Assembly: GCF_004010195.1 (NCBI RefSeq)
Contig: NC_057754.1
Location: forward strand, 2,199,238-2,261,396
DNA: 62,159 bases
Direction of reading: 5' to 3'
Origin: Chiloscyllium plagiosum
Taxonomy: Eukaryota
This document shows positions 49,536 to 61,900 of this stretch, in pieces (position 1 is the stretch's first letter; each line of letters opens with the position of its first letter). A program made the position numbers and the translations under genes. The notes under the pieces are model-generated. The model did no database searches. It was given only the letters and a program-made list of their open reading frames with translations, and was not told the origin of the DNA.

Positions 49536-50407
49536 AAATAAATAAACAAGAAAAAGCTGGGACTGGGGAGAGCACTAGTTGACTGGTATAGTTCAATAAA
49601 CTCTCCACCACAAGGCAACATCTATTTCTCAGTTTCTTTTTGAACAGATTGGTTGGAATCTATTAACTGGATTCTGGCTTGAGTGGTGGAGGGTAGACAT
49701 AATAAGTGGGGCTGAATGGCTTTCTTCATCTGCAAATAACTTGTGGTCTTATGAAACAGATTGCAGAGGTTCACAGACAGATTGTTGCAACTTGAAGAAC
49801 ATAAATCAAACCTCCAACGAAAAAAAAATCAAAACCCAAAGAGCAGGAACAGGACGATGCTGTTAAGAGGCAAATGACATCTGGTTTTCATAAGAATTTC
49901 AGAGGAAATATCACATCCATCAGTCAGGGTGAAATATTTGGGTGGTCTGTGAGGAAAATGAGAACTTCCTGTGAATTCCAGCTAAAATACACACAGCCAG
50001 ATTTGCTGGGCTAAAATAGAACAAAGTGCAGCTCACACACTGCGATCAGCTCTTCAGACATGTCAGTCAGGGGACAGCAGGCTGTCTCCTGTCCTTTTCC
50101 CTCATGATGATAGCTCAGTCCATGGAGCTAGGGTCTTATGTTGCATTTCTCTTCGGAGAAAACAGAACCAAGACAAAGCAACCTGAATTTGAGTGTCAGT
50201 GATAGAATTGTGGAATCTCTCATTACAGAAGGAGGCTATTCAGACCAATTAGCCTATACTGGATATTCTGATCAGTCCTCCGCTTGCTCTCGGTTCCCTT
50301 AGCTTCTTGTAAGTTAACCATTAGCTCCAATGACTCGTTACCTATTAAGTTTCAGATTTTGCCTTTGCAATTGCAAAATAGACATCTGATCATTTGTAAG
50401 AGTTTAG

Positions 50408-51214
50408 TACATAGAACATAGAAAAGTACAGCACAGAACAGACCCTTTGCCCCACCATGTTGTGCCGAGGATTAATTCTAATGTAAAACAAAATAACTTA
50501 ACCTACTCATCCTGCAATTGACTGCTATCCGTGTGCATGTCAGGAATTGCTTAAATGTCCCTAATGATTTTGCTTCCACCACCACCGCTGGCAACGCATT
50601 CTATACATTCACAACTCTCTGCGTAAAGAACCTTCCTCTGACATCCCCTCTCTACCTTTCTCCTAATATCTTAAAACTATGATCCCCTCGTGCCAGTCAG
50701 TCCTGCCCTGGGGAAACGTCTCTGGCTATTGTCTCTATCCATTCCTCTCATTACCTTGTATACCTCGATCAGGTCACCTCTCTTCCATCCCTCTCTCCAG
50801 AGAGAAAAGTCCGAGCATAGTCAACCTCTCTTCATAAGGCAAGCTCTCCAGTCCAGGCAGCATCCTGGTAAACCTTCTTTGCACACTCTCCAAAGCCTCT
50901 GTATCTTTCCTATAGTAGGGGGGCCAAAAGTTGACACAATATTCCAAGTGTGGCCTCACCAGGGACTTGCAAAGCTGTGGCAAAACCTCACGGCTCTTAA
51001 ACTTGATCTCCCTGTTAATGAAAGCCAAAACACCATATGCTTTCTTAACAACACTATCCACTTGGGTGGCAACTTTGAGCGATCTATTTACTTGAACACC
51101 AAGATCCCTCTCTTCCTCCACACTGCCAAGAATCCTGTCTTTAATCCTATATTCAGCATTCGAGTTTGACCTTCCAAAATGCATCACTTTGCATTTATCC
51201 AGGTTGAATTCCAT
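50408..51214 (-). mobile_element. CR1 3' fragment with (CATAGAA)n tail
   Basis: ORF 50774-51214 MEFNLDKCKVMHFG..LVRPHLEYCVNFWPPYYRKD. Confidence 0.9.
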
Positions 51215-51319
51215 TTAGATGGGTCTTTTTTCCCAACAACTCCAATAGAAGTGTATTTCACCTTCCTCTGACCCATGATCAGGCATTCATGTGTTGTACA
51301 TGCAAGTTATGGTCTGCTT

Positions 51320-51678
51320 CATAAGACCATAAGACATAGGAGTGGAAGTAAGGCCATTCGGCCCATTGAGTCCACTCCGCCATTTAATCATGGCTGATGG
51401 GCATTTCAACTCCACTTACCAGCATTCTCCCCGTAGCCCTTAATTCCTTGTGACATCAAGAATTTATCAATCTCGGCCTTGAAGCCACTTAGCGTCCCTG
51501 CCTCCACTGCACTCCGCGGCAATGAATTCCACAGGCCCATCACTCTCTGGCTGAAGAAATGTCTCCGCATTTCTGTTCTGAATTTACCCCCTCTAATTCT
51601 AAGGCTGTGCCCACGGGTCCTAGTCTCTTCGCCTAACGGAAACAATTTCTTAGCGTCCACTCTTTCCAAGCCATACAA
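51320..51678 (-). mobile_element. Young CR1 3' fragment with (CATAAGAC)n tail
   Basis: ORF 51406-51702 TRTRGHSLRI..FFSQRVMGLWNSLP; CpGs retained. Confidence 0.9.
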
Positions 51679-52998
51679 ATGTCTGGATTTTGACGTTGGC
51701 ATGAGGCCTGTGATTGAATTGCCTCATCATTCTCTGGGTGAATGCATTGTCACTGGTTTCTTTCATCACTTCGTCCTGCAATTCAACCCGAACATTTCAA
51801 GGTGGTTGGCATTCCATGTTTTGTATACCTCCATAACTATCTTTACTTTTATCTTTTAAATGTAGCAAGTAGTTTCCCTACACATTTTCTCAACAGCAAT
51901 TCCAAATCTACAGTGTGTTCTTTTTGTTTAATTGTCCCGTCCACTCAAAGTGGGGTGTACTTGTGTAACTGAATGTATTCCTGAAGGTATGTCTCCCGTT
52001 TCTCAAAGCCCATGCCCCATTAATAGCTCTTTTCCACTTTCACTAATTTTATTTTAAAACTGGTAAAACAAAATATCGAAAAGAAGTAAAAACTATGTTT
52101 TTTTTTCATGCCTATATGCTTTTTCTCTTAAAATGCTGGCAACAGCGTTCAAACATTTAATCTTCAAGTTCTGGAGCCTGCAACGAGGTAATCCTGGAGG
52201 GTTGGCAAACCTGCCACTAACTCTTGCTTAAATTGTTTGTTTCAGTAAGTGATGAACATGCGCTTTTAAGCAACGAATGATCTTGATTTGTGATGCAACT
52301 GAGCCCAATCCTGAACTCTCCTAATAAGCTTAAAAAGCCAGAAGTGCAAATGCCTTCTATAGCTCAAGGGCAATGAAGTGAACTGTAGTATCTTATCTGC
52401 TAACAGATTGTGATCCTCCAACTCAGTATGGACCATGAATCTGCCATGGAAGGACTAAGTACCACATAGAACAGGAATGCATTCTTGCCGCTTTATGTTT
52501 AAGAGTGGAACTAAGGGCAACTGCATTTTGCAGCACTTGACCTAGTGTGGCATCAAGGAGCCCCAGAAAATTAAGTTAATGGGAATCAGGGAAAGCTGGA
52601 TGGAGTCAGATCCAACCCAGAGGAAGATGGTTGTGGTGATTGGAAGTCAGTCATCTCAATCCCAGCACATCTCTGCAGGAGTTTATCATGTCAGTGCACT
52701 AGGACCTAACTGTCTTCAACTGCTTCATCAGTGACTGTCCATGCAATATCAAGTCAGAAGTGCAGATGTTCACTGATAAGTTTACAATTCAGCACAATTT
52801 ACAACTCCTCAGGTACTGAAGCAGCCCATGTCCAAACGCAGCAAGATCTGGACAATATCCAGGCTTGGACTGATAAACAGCAAGTAACATTCACACCACA
52901 CTTGTGCAAAGCAATGAGCATCAGCAACAAAAGAGAAGCCAATCATCGACCCTGACATTCCATGGCATTACCATCACCGAAGCCCCCACTGTCAACTT

Positions 52999-53322
52999 GG
53001 TGGCTCAGTGGTTAGCAGTACTGTCTCCCAGCACCAGGAAATCAAGTTCGATTCAACCCTCAGGCAATTGTCTGTGTGGAATTTGCACATTCTCCCCATG
53101 GTGCTCCAGTTTCCTCCCATAGTCCAAAGATGAGCAGTTTAGGTGGAATGGCTGTGATAAATTGCCCAGAGTTTCCAAGGATGTCCGGGCTAGGTGGGTT
53201 AGCTATGAGAAATGTAGGATTTCAGGAATAGGGTAGAGGGTGAATCTGGGTGGGATGCTCGTCAGGGGATCAGTGTGGACTCGAAGGGCTGAATGGCCTG
53301 CTTCCACAATGTAGAAATTCTA
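52999..53322 (+). mobile_element. HE1-type V-SINE
   Basis: A box TGGCTCAGTGG, B box GTTCGATTC, CR1-type tail. Confidence 0.85.
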
Positions 53323-53517
53323 AAATAAATGGCTTTGGGATTATCATTGACCAGAAACTAAATCAGACATATTAAAAACTTTGACTACAAGAGATGGTCA
53401 GAGGCTGGGAATTCTGCAATGAGAAACTCACCTCCTGTCTTTCCAAAGCCTGTCCATCATCCACAAGGCACAACACAGGAATATGATGGTTTCTGCATAT
53501 CTGGATGAGTGCAGCTC

Positions 53518-53634
53518 ATCCTTTGCTCTGTTCTGTTACCCTATTGCACTTTGTATGGTATGATCTGCCAGTATTGCATGCAAAACGAAAGTTTTCATGG
53601 TACCTCGGTACATATGACAGTAATAAATAAAATC
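53518..53634 (+). mobile_element. Rex1/Babar-type 3' tail insert
   Basis: Homologous to 39720-39846; interrupts LINE-B at GAGTGCAGCTC / CAACAACA. Confidence 0.7.
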
Positions 53635-54827
53635 ACTCCAACAACATTCAAGATGTTCAACACCATTGAGGACAAAGCAGCTTGTTTGATTGGCACGTCA
53701 TTGAACAAAATCAATATTTACTTCCTCCATCATCCACGGTCAGTAGCAACAATGTACCATCTCCAAGCTGCACTGCAGCAACTCACCATTAACAGCTCCT
53801 TCCAAACAGGTGATCTTTACTATCTAGAAGGACAAGGGCAGCAGATACATGGGAACACCACCCTCTACAACTTCCCCTTCAACCACTCACCATCCTGACT
53901 TGTAAATATATTGCCGTTCCTTCAGTGTCACTGTGTCAAAGTCCCGGATCTTCCTCCCTAACAGCATTATGGGCACATCTACTCCCCACACAGGGCAGCT
54001 TGGCTTCTCCAGGGGCAATTAGGGATGGACAGTAAACGCTGGCCCATGAGTGAGTAAAACCAAATGCTGCAGCCAAACAGTAAACTCTTCCTATGCCACC
54101 AGTAGGAGGGTCAGCTTTGAACTGAAAGGTACACACTAACCTTTACCTGCTCAGCAACCTGCGCCTCTCTGCCCCTTCAGGATTCAAATGATTGGCCCAG
54201 AGTTTCCCTCTCTGATCCTTTCACATTTTCAACTTCTCTCTACAGAAGTGGCGTTTCCATGAATCATCGTGTAATGATGACTAGTTGGGGGAGGATTATA
54301 TTTCAAACAGGAATCAGTCAGTACAGATACATTCTGATAATGAAATTTATGGCATGGAGTCTTTGGACAGGATGTGCAGAGTCGAATTGAATCGCAAAAG
54401 AAACCTTGTAATTAGCACACAATTGAATTCTGATTGATTCCGTCTACTTTTTTGATGTTCTAATTGATTGCTTCCTTCCATCTCCTTCCCTGAGCATTTC
54501 CTTTACCATCTACCTGACTGAGACCACAGAAACGGTGCTATCTTTTCACTAATCCTAGATTCTCCTTTTAGTGTGGAGTTAGTTGAACTCAGTCTGGCAG
54601 TTAGTGTGCCGTTCCAGTTCCTCCCAGCATCCCAGGGAAAGATTTTCAGCAAGGTTCCTTCTTCTATCACTTGCTGAAATACGCCGTTATGTGTGTTGGA
54701 TACATTGGGCTTGTAAGGGGCGCATGCAAAAGAGATGTGACTCAGTCGCTAAGATTGCTCCTTCGGAGTTAGAAAGTCAAGGGATCAAGCCTCGCTTCAG
54801 ACTGACTCCCCTACTGCAGCGGAGATG

Positions 54828-55070
54828 ACCTGGGGGTTGCAGTGAGAGAGAGACTCACTGAGATTCTTGTGGAGAGAGGAGGAGAACTTCTTCAAAGTAG
54901 GCATCCTTACAAGAGGATTCGCAATAAGGTTAAAATCAACTAGGCAAAAGTGAGGACTGCAGAGGCTGGAAACCAGAGTTTAGATTAGAGTGGTGCTGGA
55001 AAAGCAAGCAGGTCAGGCAGCATCCGAGGAGCAGGAAAATTGACGTTTCGGGCAAAAGCCCTTCATCAGG
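54828..55070 (-). mobile_element. PLE family A pLTR plus adjacent internal sequence
   Basis: 54945-55070 homologous to 18511-18634; extends ~110 bp further. Confidence 0.75.
55042..55069 (-). ncRNA. Minimal hammerhead ribozyme core, intact consensus
   Basis: CTGATGA-A-GGGC-TTTT-GCCC-GAAAC-GTC; stem I not formed in this copy. Confidence 0.75.
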
Positions 55071-55230
55071 AGGGAAAGCTGCATTGCTGGAGGTAACATA
55101 TGTTTGTGAGCAACAGTAGGCCGAGGACCTGTCTGTTCTCTCAGGTGGACACAAATGAAGCTACAATACCATGAAGAGTGGGGGAGATGGGGGGAAGCGA
55201 CTCCTCAGACTCATGGGCCATTTGCATTCC

Positions 55231-55374
55231 AAGTCCCTCCTCCCTACCTTTTATCTTAGCCTACTTGGCACACCCTCCTCATTCCTGAAGAAGGGCTTAT
55301 ACCAGAAACGTCGATTCTCCTTCTCCTTTGATGCTGCCTGACCTGCTGCGCTTTTCCAGCAACACATTTTTAAG
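55231..55374 (+). mobile_element. PLE family A pLTR fragment
   Basis: 12-bp TSD CATTTGCATTCC at 55219 and 55375; CTGAAGA-A-GGGC-TTAT-ACCA-GAAACGTC from 55285 (stem II mutated). Confidence 0.85.
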
Positions 55375-56384
55375 CATTTGCATTCCTCATCGAGCACATG
55401 AAACAGATTCTCTGGTCATTGCTACATTTCTGTTCCTGGGATCTTGCTTTGTACTAATCAGCATTGCAACCATAGCTGGACTATGAAAATCTTGATAAGG
55501 TGGAAAGTACTTTGAGACAACTTGAGAGTGTGATTGACAGATGCAGAGACAAGCTGTTTCTTTCCAGTACCCAAGGAGGCTGGGAAGGCATGCTGAACGA
55601 CAAGTGGGGTACACGCTGGTGTGTACAGAATGATAGCTCCAAGAGGGAGGAGAAAATTAGAACCATGGGTACAGGAACTGAGACCTGCATTTCTGTTCCC
55701 AATCTTCAGACTTCAAATTAACTAGTATATGCGGTAGCAGGAGGTTCTTCGCTCGCAGCTGAATATAAGTTGAAGGTTTCGAGAATTAAAGCAGCTAGCT
55801 GTGGTTCTCAGATGAAGCTACTGCTGCAGTACTCAGGCTGTAACAACTACAACACTGCAGTTTAGATTTAGGGAATGCCCAATAACTTACAGCAGCCCCT
55901 CAGGGAGCTTAGGTTTGTTTTTGACCTTCTCAGTAATAGCTCTTCTGCTCGGTTGACCAAGGTCATAAATCCAGACTCAGCTCCGCTCGCTGAGTGGGAA
56001 CAATGAGAGGAGCTCTCAGGGCTCAGACTAGGATTTCTCAGCCATAGCACCCGCAAGTACTTTGGAGATTAGCTGCGTATTTATGCACAATGCTATGGAA
56101 TTGTGTCACTCTGTTTGCATTCCAGCAGTTTTCAGGGTCACGTTGACAAGGCAATCAGTAAATGCTTCTGGTAGCATAGAACATTACTTTTGAGAAATGA
56201 ATGGCAGCTGTTGTTGCCTCTGGTCAGTATATTACTCTGCCTAGTGAATGCCCAAGGGCAGACTGATAACATTAGTGCATGATTTAGTAAGGAGAGCACA
56301 TGTCAGTGATGGGTGAGGGGGTTGTGTGAAAATCTGAAATTGCCACCAGTTTATCTCCACAAATGCCGCACAGGTGAATTGGGT

Positions 56385-56650
56385 ACATTACCCCAGCTGC
56401 ATTGTTCAAAATCAAGGCTGGTTGGAAGTGAGTGCCCCTCTAAGGTGAACATAAAAGATCCTATGGCAACTTTTCAAAGCTTCTCCCTTATTTAAAACAG
56501 ATTAACCGCTCACTGTCACAATGCTGCTTCTGGGATCTTCCTGTGTGTCAATTGGGTTCCACGTTCCCTATGTGAAAACAGTGACTAACTTCAAAAAGTT
56601 ATTAATTGGCTCCAAATCATTTCAGGCCATCCTGAGGTTTCTCTTTTAAT
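56385..56650 (+). mobile_element. Deu-type SINE
   Basis: AGGTGAACATAAAAGATCCTATGGCA..ACAGTGACTAACTTCAAAAAG..CATCCTGAGG. Confidence 0.65.
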
Positions 56651-57269
56651 CTGACTCCTTTCTGTTGACTGCAAGTTATTTGCTTCTCCTATGAACTTCA
56701 CATGTGGCGAAGGAAATTGTCTAGACTGCTCATAAGTTTGCTGTTTATATCAGGGAACAATAGAGTTTTGTCCCTGTCCTGACCTGTGAATAGAAAACAC
56801 ATGTTTAATTATTTAATTAATCTCACAATAGAAGAACAGTCTCCCTTAGTGAGCTTGATGCTGTGCAAAGGAAGGTAATCCTGAAGGCCAATTAGGGAAG
56901 AACAATAAATGCTAGCTTTGCCAGCGCTGACCAAAACAAATAAAGAGAATGTTAAACCCGGTGCAGTTCACTTCAAACTAGTAGCAATCAATAAAATGCA
57001 TCCCAGCAAATAGTTTTCTAAAGTGGCTTTAGGGATTTATTCATTGATATATTTTTGTTTCCGACATATACCTTTATGCTCACTCTTCTTTTTTGCCTTT
57101 TCTTCCTGCTGTCCCTCAGGTATTCCCCCTCACCCCCAGCCCCAAGCTGCATGCTCAATACGTATTGTGCAGCCACCAGACTGACCACAAACCACTTACT
57201 TGTCACCTTTGCTACTGAGGGTCAGGCTGAGACACTGGGAAATTCTATTGGACAGTTTTAAACATCAAA

Positions 57270-57680
57270 GTCCTGTTGCACAGAAAGGAGCTATTTGTCC
57301 GATATTTCTGTGCTGACTGTCCAAATGGGCTACTGTTCAGTCAATTTGCCCTCCCCATAACCCTGCAAATTAAGCATGTATCTCGTCTCCTTCTGAAAGT
57401 TCCTATTGAATCTGCTTCCACCACCCTTTCAGGCAGCGTGTTCCAGATCACAACAACTTGCTGAGTAAAATGATTTCCTCATTTCACCCCAGCTTTATTT
57501 TTCTGTACAGACACAATGGACCAAATGGTCTCCCTCTGTACCACAATCATTCTATCATTCAGTTATCTTAATTCTGAAACTTCTGGTTACCAACCCTTCA
57601 GCCACTGACAAACATTCCCCAGTCTATTCCATCAGAATCTCTCCATAATTTTAAATACCTGTACTAAATCTGCCCTTTCC
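57270..57680 (-). mobile_element. Old CR1 3' fragment
   Basis: TCTGCTTCCACCACCCTTTCAGGCAGCGTGTTCCAGATC. Confidence 0.6.
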
Positions 57681-58689
57681 CCAAAATAGGCATGATATGT
57701 GCCGTATTCTTACAACCCACAAGTAGGGCTGCAATATTTGCAGGTTATGGAGGTGGGGTGCCCTTTAACAAGCCTTGCCTGAAAATCACATTAGGCAGGC
57801 TTTGGTAAGAGGGTCTAAGGAGGAGCTGTTGTTTCCCTGTCGCTTTCAACTGCTGGATGTCTTCTAAACTAAAATTAGCTCTTTGTGCTCTGAACTATAT
57901 TTGGCAGGCTTTTTCCCTTCCTCTCCAACACTAGTCTGTCTCTAACATGTACTTCAGTCCCTGTCCCTGAAGGGAATCCCCAGTGTGACAATTTTCCATT
58001 TCCTTAACAGTGTCTCTTGATAAGATAGTGAATTTAGAGAAAATTAAATCTGGATTTGAGGTCATCTTGTACCATGTTCCCTAGCAACTAGCATGAGTTC
58101 ACTTAACCAGGCTGTAAACTGTTGAATTGATCTGAGTCAGAAACCATTTTTGTAAGATGAAAGACGAGTGCCTGATCCACTGTGTGACCCAGTCTCTCAA
58201 AGTCTCCTGCTTATGACTGAAAAAAAGATTAATAGCAATTCACTGTACTTTAGTTTGATTGATATGATGCTTGTTTGGTTTTTGCAACATTTAATTAGAA
58301 TGCCATTGAATGCTCAAGTCTATTTTCATGTGTTTAGCATCTGATTATTTCCTGAGTAACAACCACAATTCACAAGGATATTAGGCACGAGTTCCTTTTC
58401 ATCATTCTGAATGGTACTGCAGTAGAGTTTCCTGGATGACCTTACTGGCTTCATTATGACTGTACCTATAGGGGGTAAAACACAGTATATGCCGTTGCCA
58501 GTGAATGGCAGATGCCTGTACACAGGGATTTCCATTAACAAGGCTAGCAATAGAGCAGAGGCAGGTTGCCCTATGAGCCTTCTGCATTTCCAGCTTCCAG
58601 AGGTGCTCTGTACAGGCTGTGCATCTTAAATGGAGGTCTTAAAGTTTGCTGTTTGTAATGAAAATGGTCTAAATGCTTTAATATTTGTT

Positions 58690-58902
58690 TTTTTAAAATT
58701 AATTTGTGGGATATGGACACCCTGGGCTGACCATTATTTGTTGCCCTTGAGAAGGTGGTGGTGAGCTGAATTCTTGATCTGCTGCAGTCTATGTGCTATA
58801 GGTTGGCCCACAATGTTCTGAGAGAGATAATTCCAGGATATTGACGCAGTGACAGTGAAGGAAAAGCGCTAAATTTCTAACTCAGGATCGTGACTGGCTT
58901 AG
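58690..58902 (-). mobile_element. LINE-B 3' end abutting the satellite
   Basis: TTGCCCTTGAGAAGGTGGTGGTGAGC..GACAGTGAAGGAA; similar to the reverse complement of ~53890-54030. Confidence 0.7.
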
Positions 58903-58904
58903 AA

Positions 58905-61900
58905 CTGTCCGATCCCGCCCCGGGCCCACTGTCCGACCCCGCCCCGGGCCCACTGTCCGATCCCGCCCCGGGCCCACTGTCCGATCCCGCCCTGGGCCCA
59001 CTGTCCGACCCTGCCCCGGGCCCACTGTCCGACCCCGCCCCGGGCCCACTGTCTGACCCCGCCCCAGGTCCACTGTCCGATCCCGCCCTGGGCCCACTGT
59101 CCAACCCTGCCCCGGGCCCACTGTCCGACCCCGCCCTGGGCCCACTGTCCGACCCTGCCCCGGGCCCACTGTCCGACCTTGCCCCGGGTCTACTGTCCGA
59201 CCTTGCCCTGGGCCCGCTGTCCGACCCTGCCCCGGACCCACTGTCCAACCTTGCCCTGGGTCCACTGTCCGACCTTGCCCTGGGCCCATGGTCCGACCCT
59301 GCCCCGGGCCCATTGTCCAACCCCGCCCCGGGTCCACTGTCCGACCTTGCCCTGGGCCCACTGTCCGACCCCGCCCTGGGTCCACTGTCTGACCCCGCCC
59401 CGGGCCCACTGTCTGTCCCTGCTCTGGGCCCACTGTCCGACCCCGCCCCGGGCCCACTGTCCGACCCCATTCCGGGCCCACTGTCCGATCCCGCCCCGGG
59501 CCCACTGTCTGACCCCGCCCTGGGCCCACAGTCTGACCCCGCCCCGGGCCCACTGTCTGACCCTGCTCTGGGCCCACTATCCGACCTTGCCCTGGGCCCA
59601 CTGTCCGACCCCGCCCTGGGTCCACTGTCTGACCCCGCCCCGGGCCCACTGTCTGACCCTGCTCTGGGCCCACTGTCCGACCCTGCCCCGGGCCCACTGT
59701 CCGACCCTGCCCCGGGCCCACTGTCCGATCCCGCCCCGGGCCCACTGTCTGACCCCGCCCTGGGCCCACTGTCTGACCCCGCCCCGGGCCCATTGTCTGA
59801 CCCCGCCCCGGGCCCACTATCCGACCCTGCCCCGTGCCCACTGTCCGACCTCGCCCCGGGCCCACTGTCCGACCCCGCCCCGGGCCCACTGTCTGACCCC
59901 GCCCCGGGCCCACTGTCCGACCCTGCCCCGGGCCCACTGTCCAACCCCGCCCCGGGCCCACTGTCCGACCCTGCTCCGGGCCCACTGTCCGACCCCGCCC
60001 CGGGCCCACTGTCCGACCCTGCCCCGGGCCCACTGTCCAACCCCGCCCCGGGCCCACTGTCCGACCCTGCCCTGGGCCCACTGTCTGATGCCGCCCCGGG
60101 CCCACTGTCCGTCCCCGCATAGGCCCACAGTCCGACCCTGCCCCGGGCCCACTGTCCGAACCTGCCCCGGGCCCACTGTCTGACCCTGCCCCGGGCCCAC
60201 TGTCTGACCCCGCCACGGGCCCACTGTCTGACCCCGCCCCAGGCCCACTGACCAACCCCGCTCCAGAGCCCACTGTCCAGCCCCACACCAGGCCCACTGT
60301 CCGAACCCGCCCCAGGCTCACTGCCTGACCCTGCCCCAGGCCCACTATCCGCCCCCGTCCCAGGCCCACTGCCTGACCCCGCCCCGGGCCCACTGTCTGA
60401 CCCCACTCCAGGCCCACTGTTCCGCCCCACCCCAGGCCCACTGTCCGACCCCGCCCCAGGCTCACTGCCTGACCCCGTCCAGGCCCACTGTCCGACCCCG
60501 CTCCAGGCCCACTGTCCGCCCCTGTCCCAGGCTCACTGCCTGACCCCGCTTCGGGCCCACTGTCTGACTCCGCAAAGGCCCACTGTCCGGCCCCCCCCCC
60601 CGCACGCCCATTGTCCGACCCTGCTCCAGGCCCACTGTCCGATCCCACTCCAGGCCCACTGTCCGCCCTTGCCCCAGGCCCACTGTCCGACCCTGGTTCG
60701 GACCCACTCTCCGACCCTGCATAGGCCCACTGTCCGACCCCGCTCCAGGCCCACTGTCCGACCTCGCCCCGGGCCCACTGTCCGACCCCGCCCCGGGCCC
60801 ATTGTCCGACCCCGCTCCGGGCCCACTGTCTGACCCTGCCCCGGGCCCAATGTCTGACCCCGCCCCAGGCCCACTGTCTGACCCCACCCCAGGCCCACTG
60901 ACCAACCCCGCTCCAGAGCCCACTGACCAGCCCCACCCCAGGCCCGCTGTCCGAACCTGCCCCAGGCTCACTGCCTGACCCTGCCCCAGGCCCACTGTCT
61001 GACCACGCTCCAGGACCACTGTCCGCCCCTGTCCCAGGCCCACTGCCTGACCCCGCCCCGGGCCCACTGTCTGACCCCCGCCCCGGGCCCACTGTCTGAC
61101 CCCACTCCAGGCCCACTGTTCCGCCCCACCCCAGGCCCACTGTCCGACCCCTCCCCAGGCTCACTGCCTGACCCATTCCATGCCCACTGTCCGACCCCGC
61201 TCCAGGCCCCCTGTCGGCCCCCGTCCCAGGCTCACTGCCTGACCCCGCTCCGGGCCCACTGTCCGACCCCGCCCCGGGCCCACTGTCCGACCCTGCCCCG
61301 GGCCCACTGTCCGCCCCCGCCCCGGGCCCACTGTCCGACCCTGCCCCAGGCCCACTGTCCGAACCTGCCCCGGGCCCACTGTCTGACCCTGCCCCGGGCC
61401 CACTGTCTGACCCCACTCCAGGCACACTGTCCGCCACCGTCCCAGGCCCACTGTCCGACCCCGGTCCAGACCCACTCTCCGACCCTGCATAGGCCCACTG
61501 TCCGACTCCGCTCCAGGCCCACTGTCCGCCCTTGCCCCAGGCCCACTGTTTGGCCCCGCCCCAGGCCCACTGTCTGACCACGCTCCAGGACCACTGTCCG
61601 CCCCTGTCCCAGGCCCACTGCCTGACCCCGCCCCGGGCCCACTGTCCGACCCCGCTCCAGGCCCACTGTCCGCACTTGCCCCAGGCCCACTGTCTGACCC
61701 CGCTCCGGGCCCACTGTCTGACCCCGCCCCAGGCCCATTGACTAACCCCGCTCCAGAGCCCACTGTCCTGCCCCACCACAGGCCTACTGTCCGAACCCGC
61801 CCCAGGCTCACTGCCTGACCCCGCCCCAGGCCCACTGTCCGACCCCGCTCCAGGCCCACTGTCCGACCCCGCCCCGGGCCCACTGTCTGACCCTGCTCCG

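Larger units (their letters stand above)
52515..54050 (+). mobile_element. LINE-B RT-to-3' fragment with two inserts
   Basis: QQDLDNIQAWTDKQQVTF (ORF 52731); tail GGGCAATTAGGGATGGACAGTAAACGCTGGCC. Confidence 0.8.
54765..55455 (+). mobile_element. Deu-type SINE split by two PLE inserts
   Basis: Head at 54765-54825; GCCGAGGACCTGTCTGTTCTCTCAGGTGGAC near 55120; AACAGATTCTCTGGTCATTG near 55402. Confidence 0.6.

Noticed and set aside
55500..55721. ORF ESTLRQLESVIDRCRDKLF as a coiled-coil exon
   Set aside because: Short, unrecognised and without convincing splice sites
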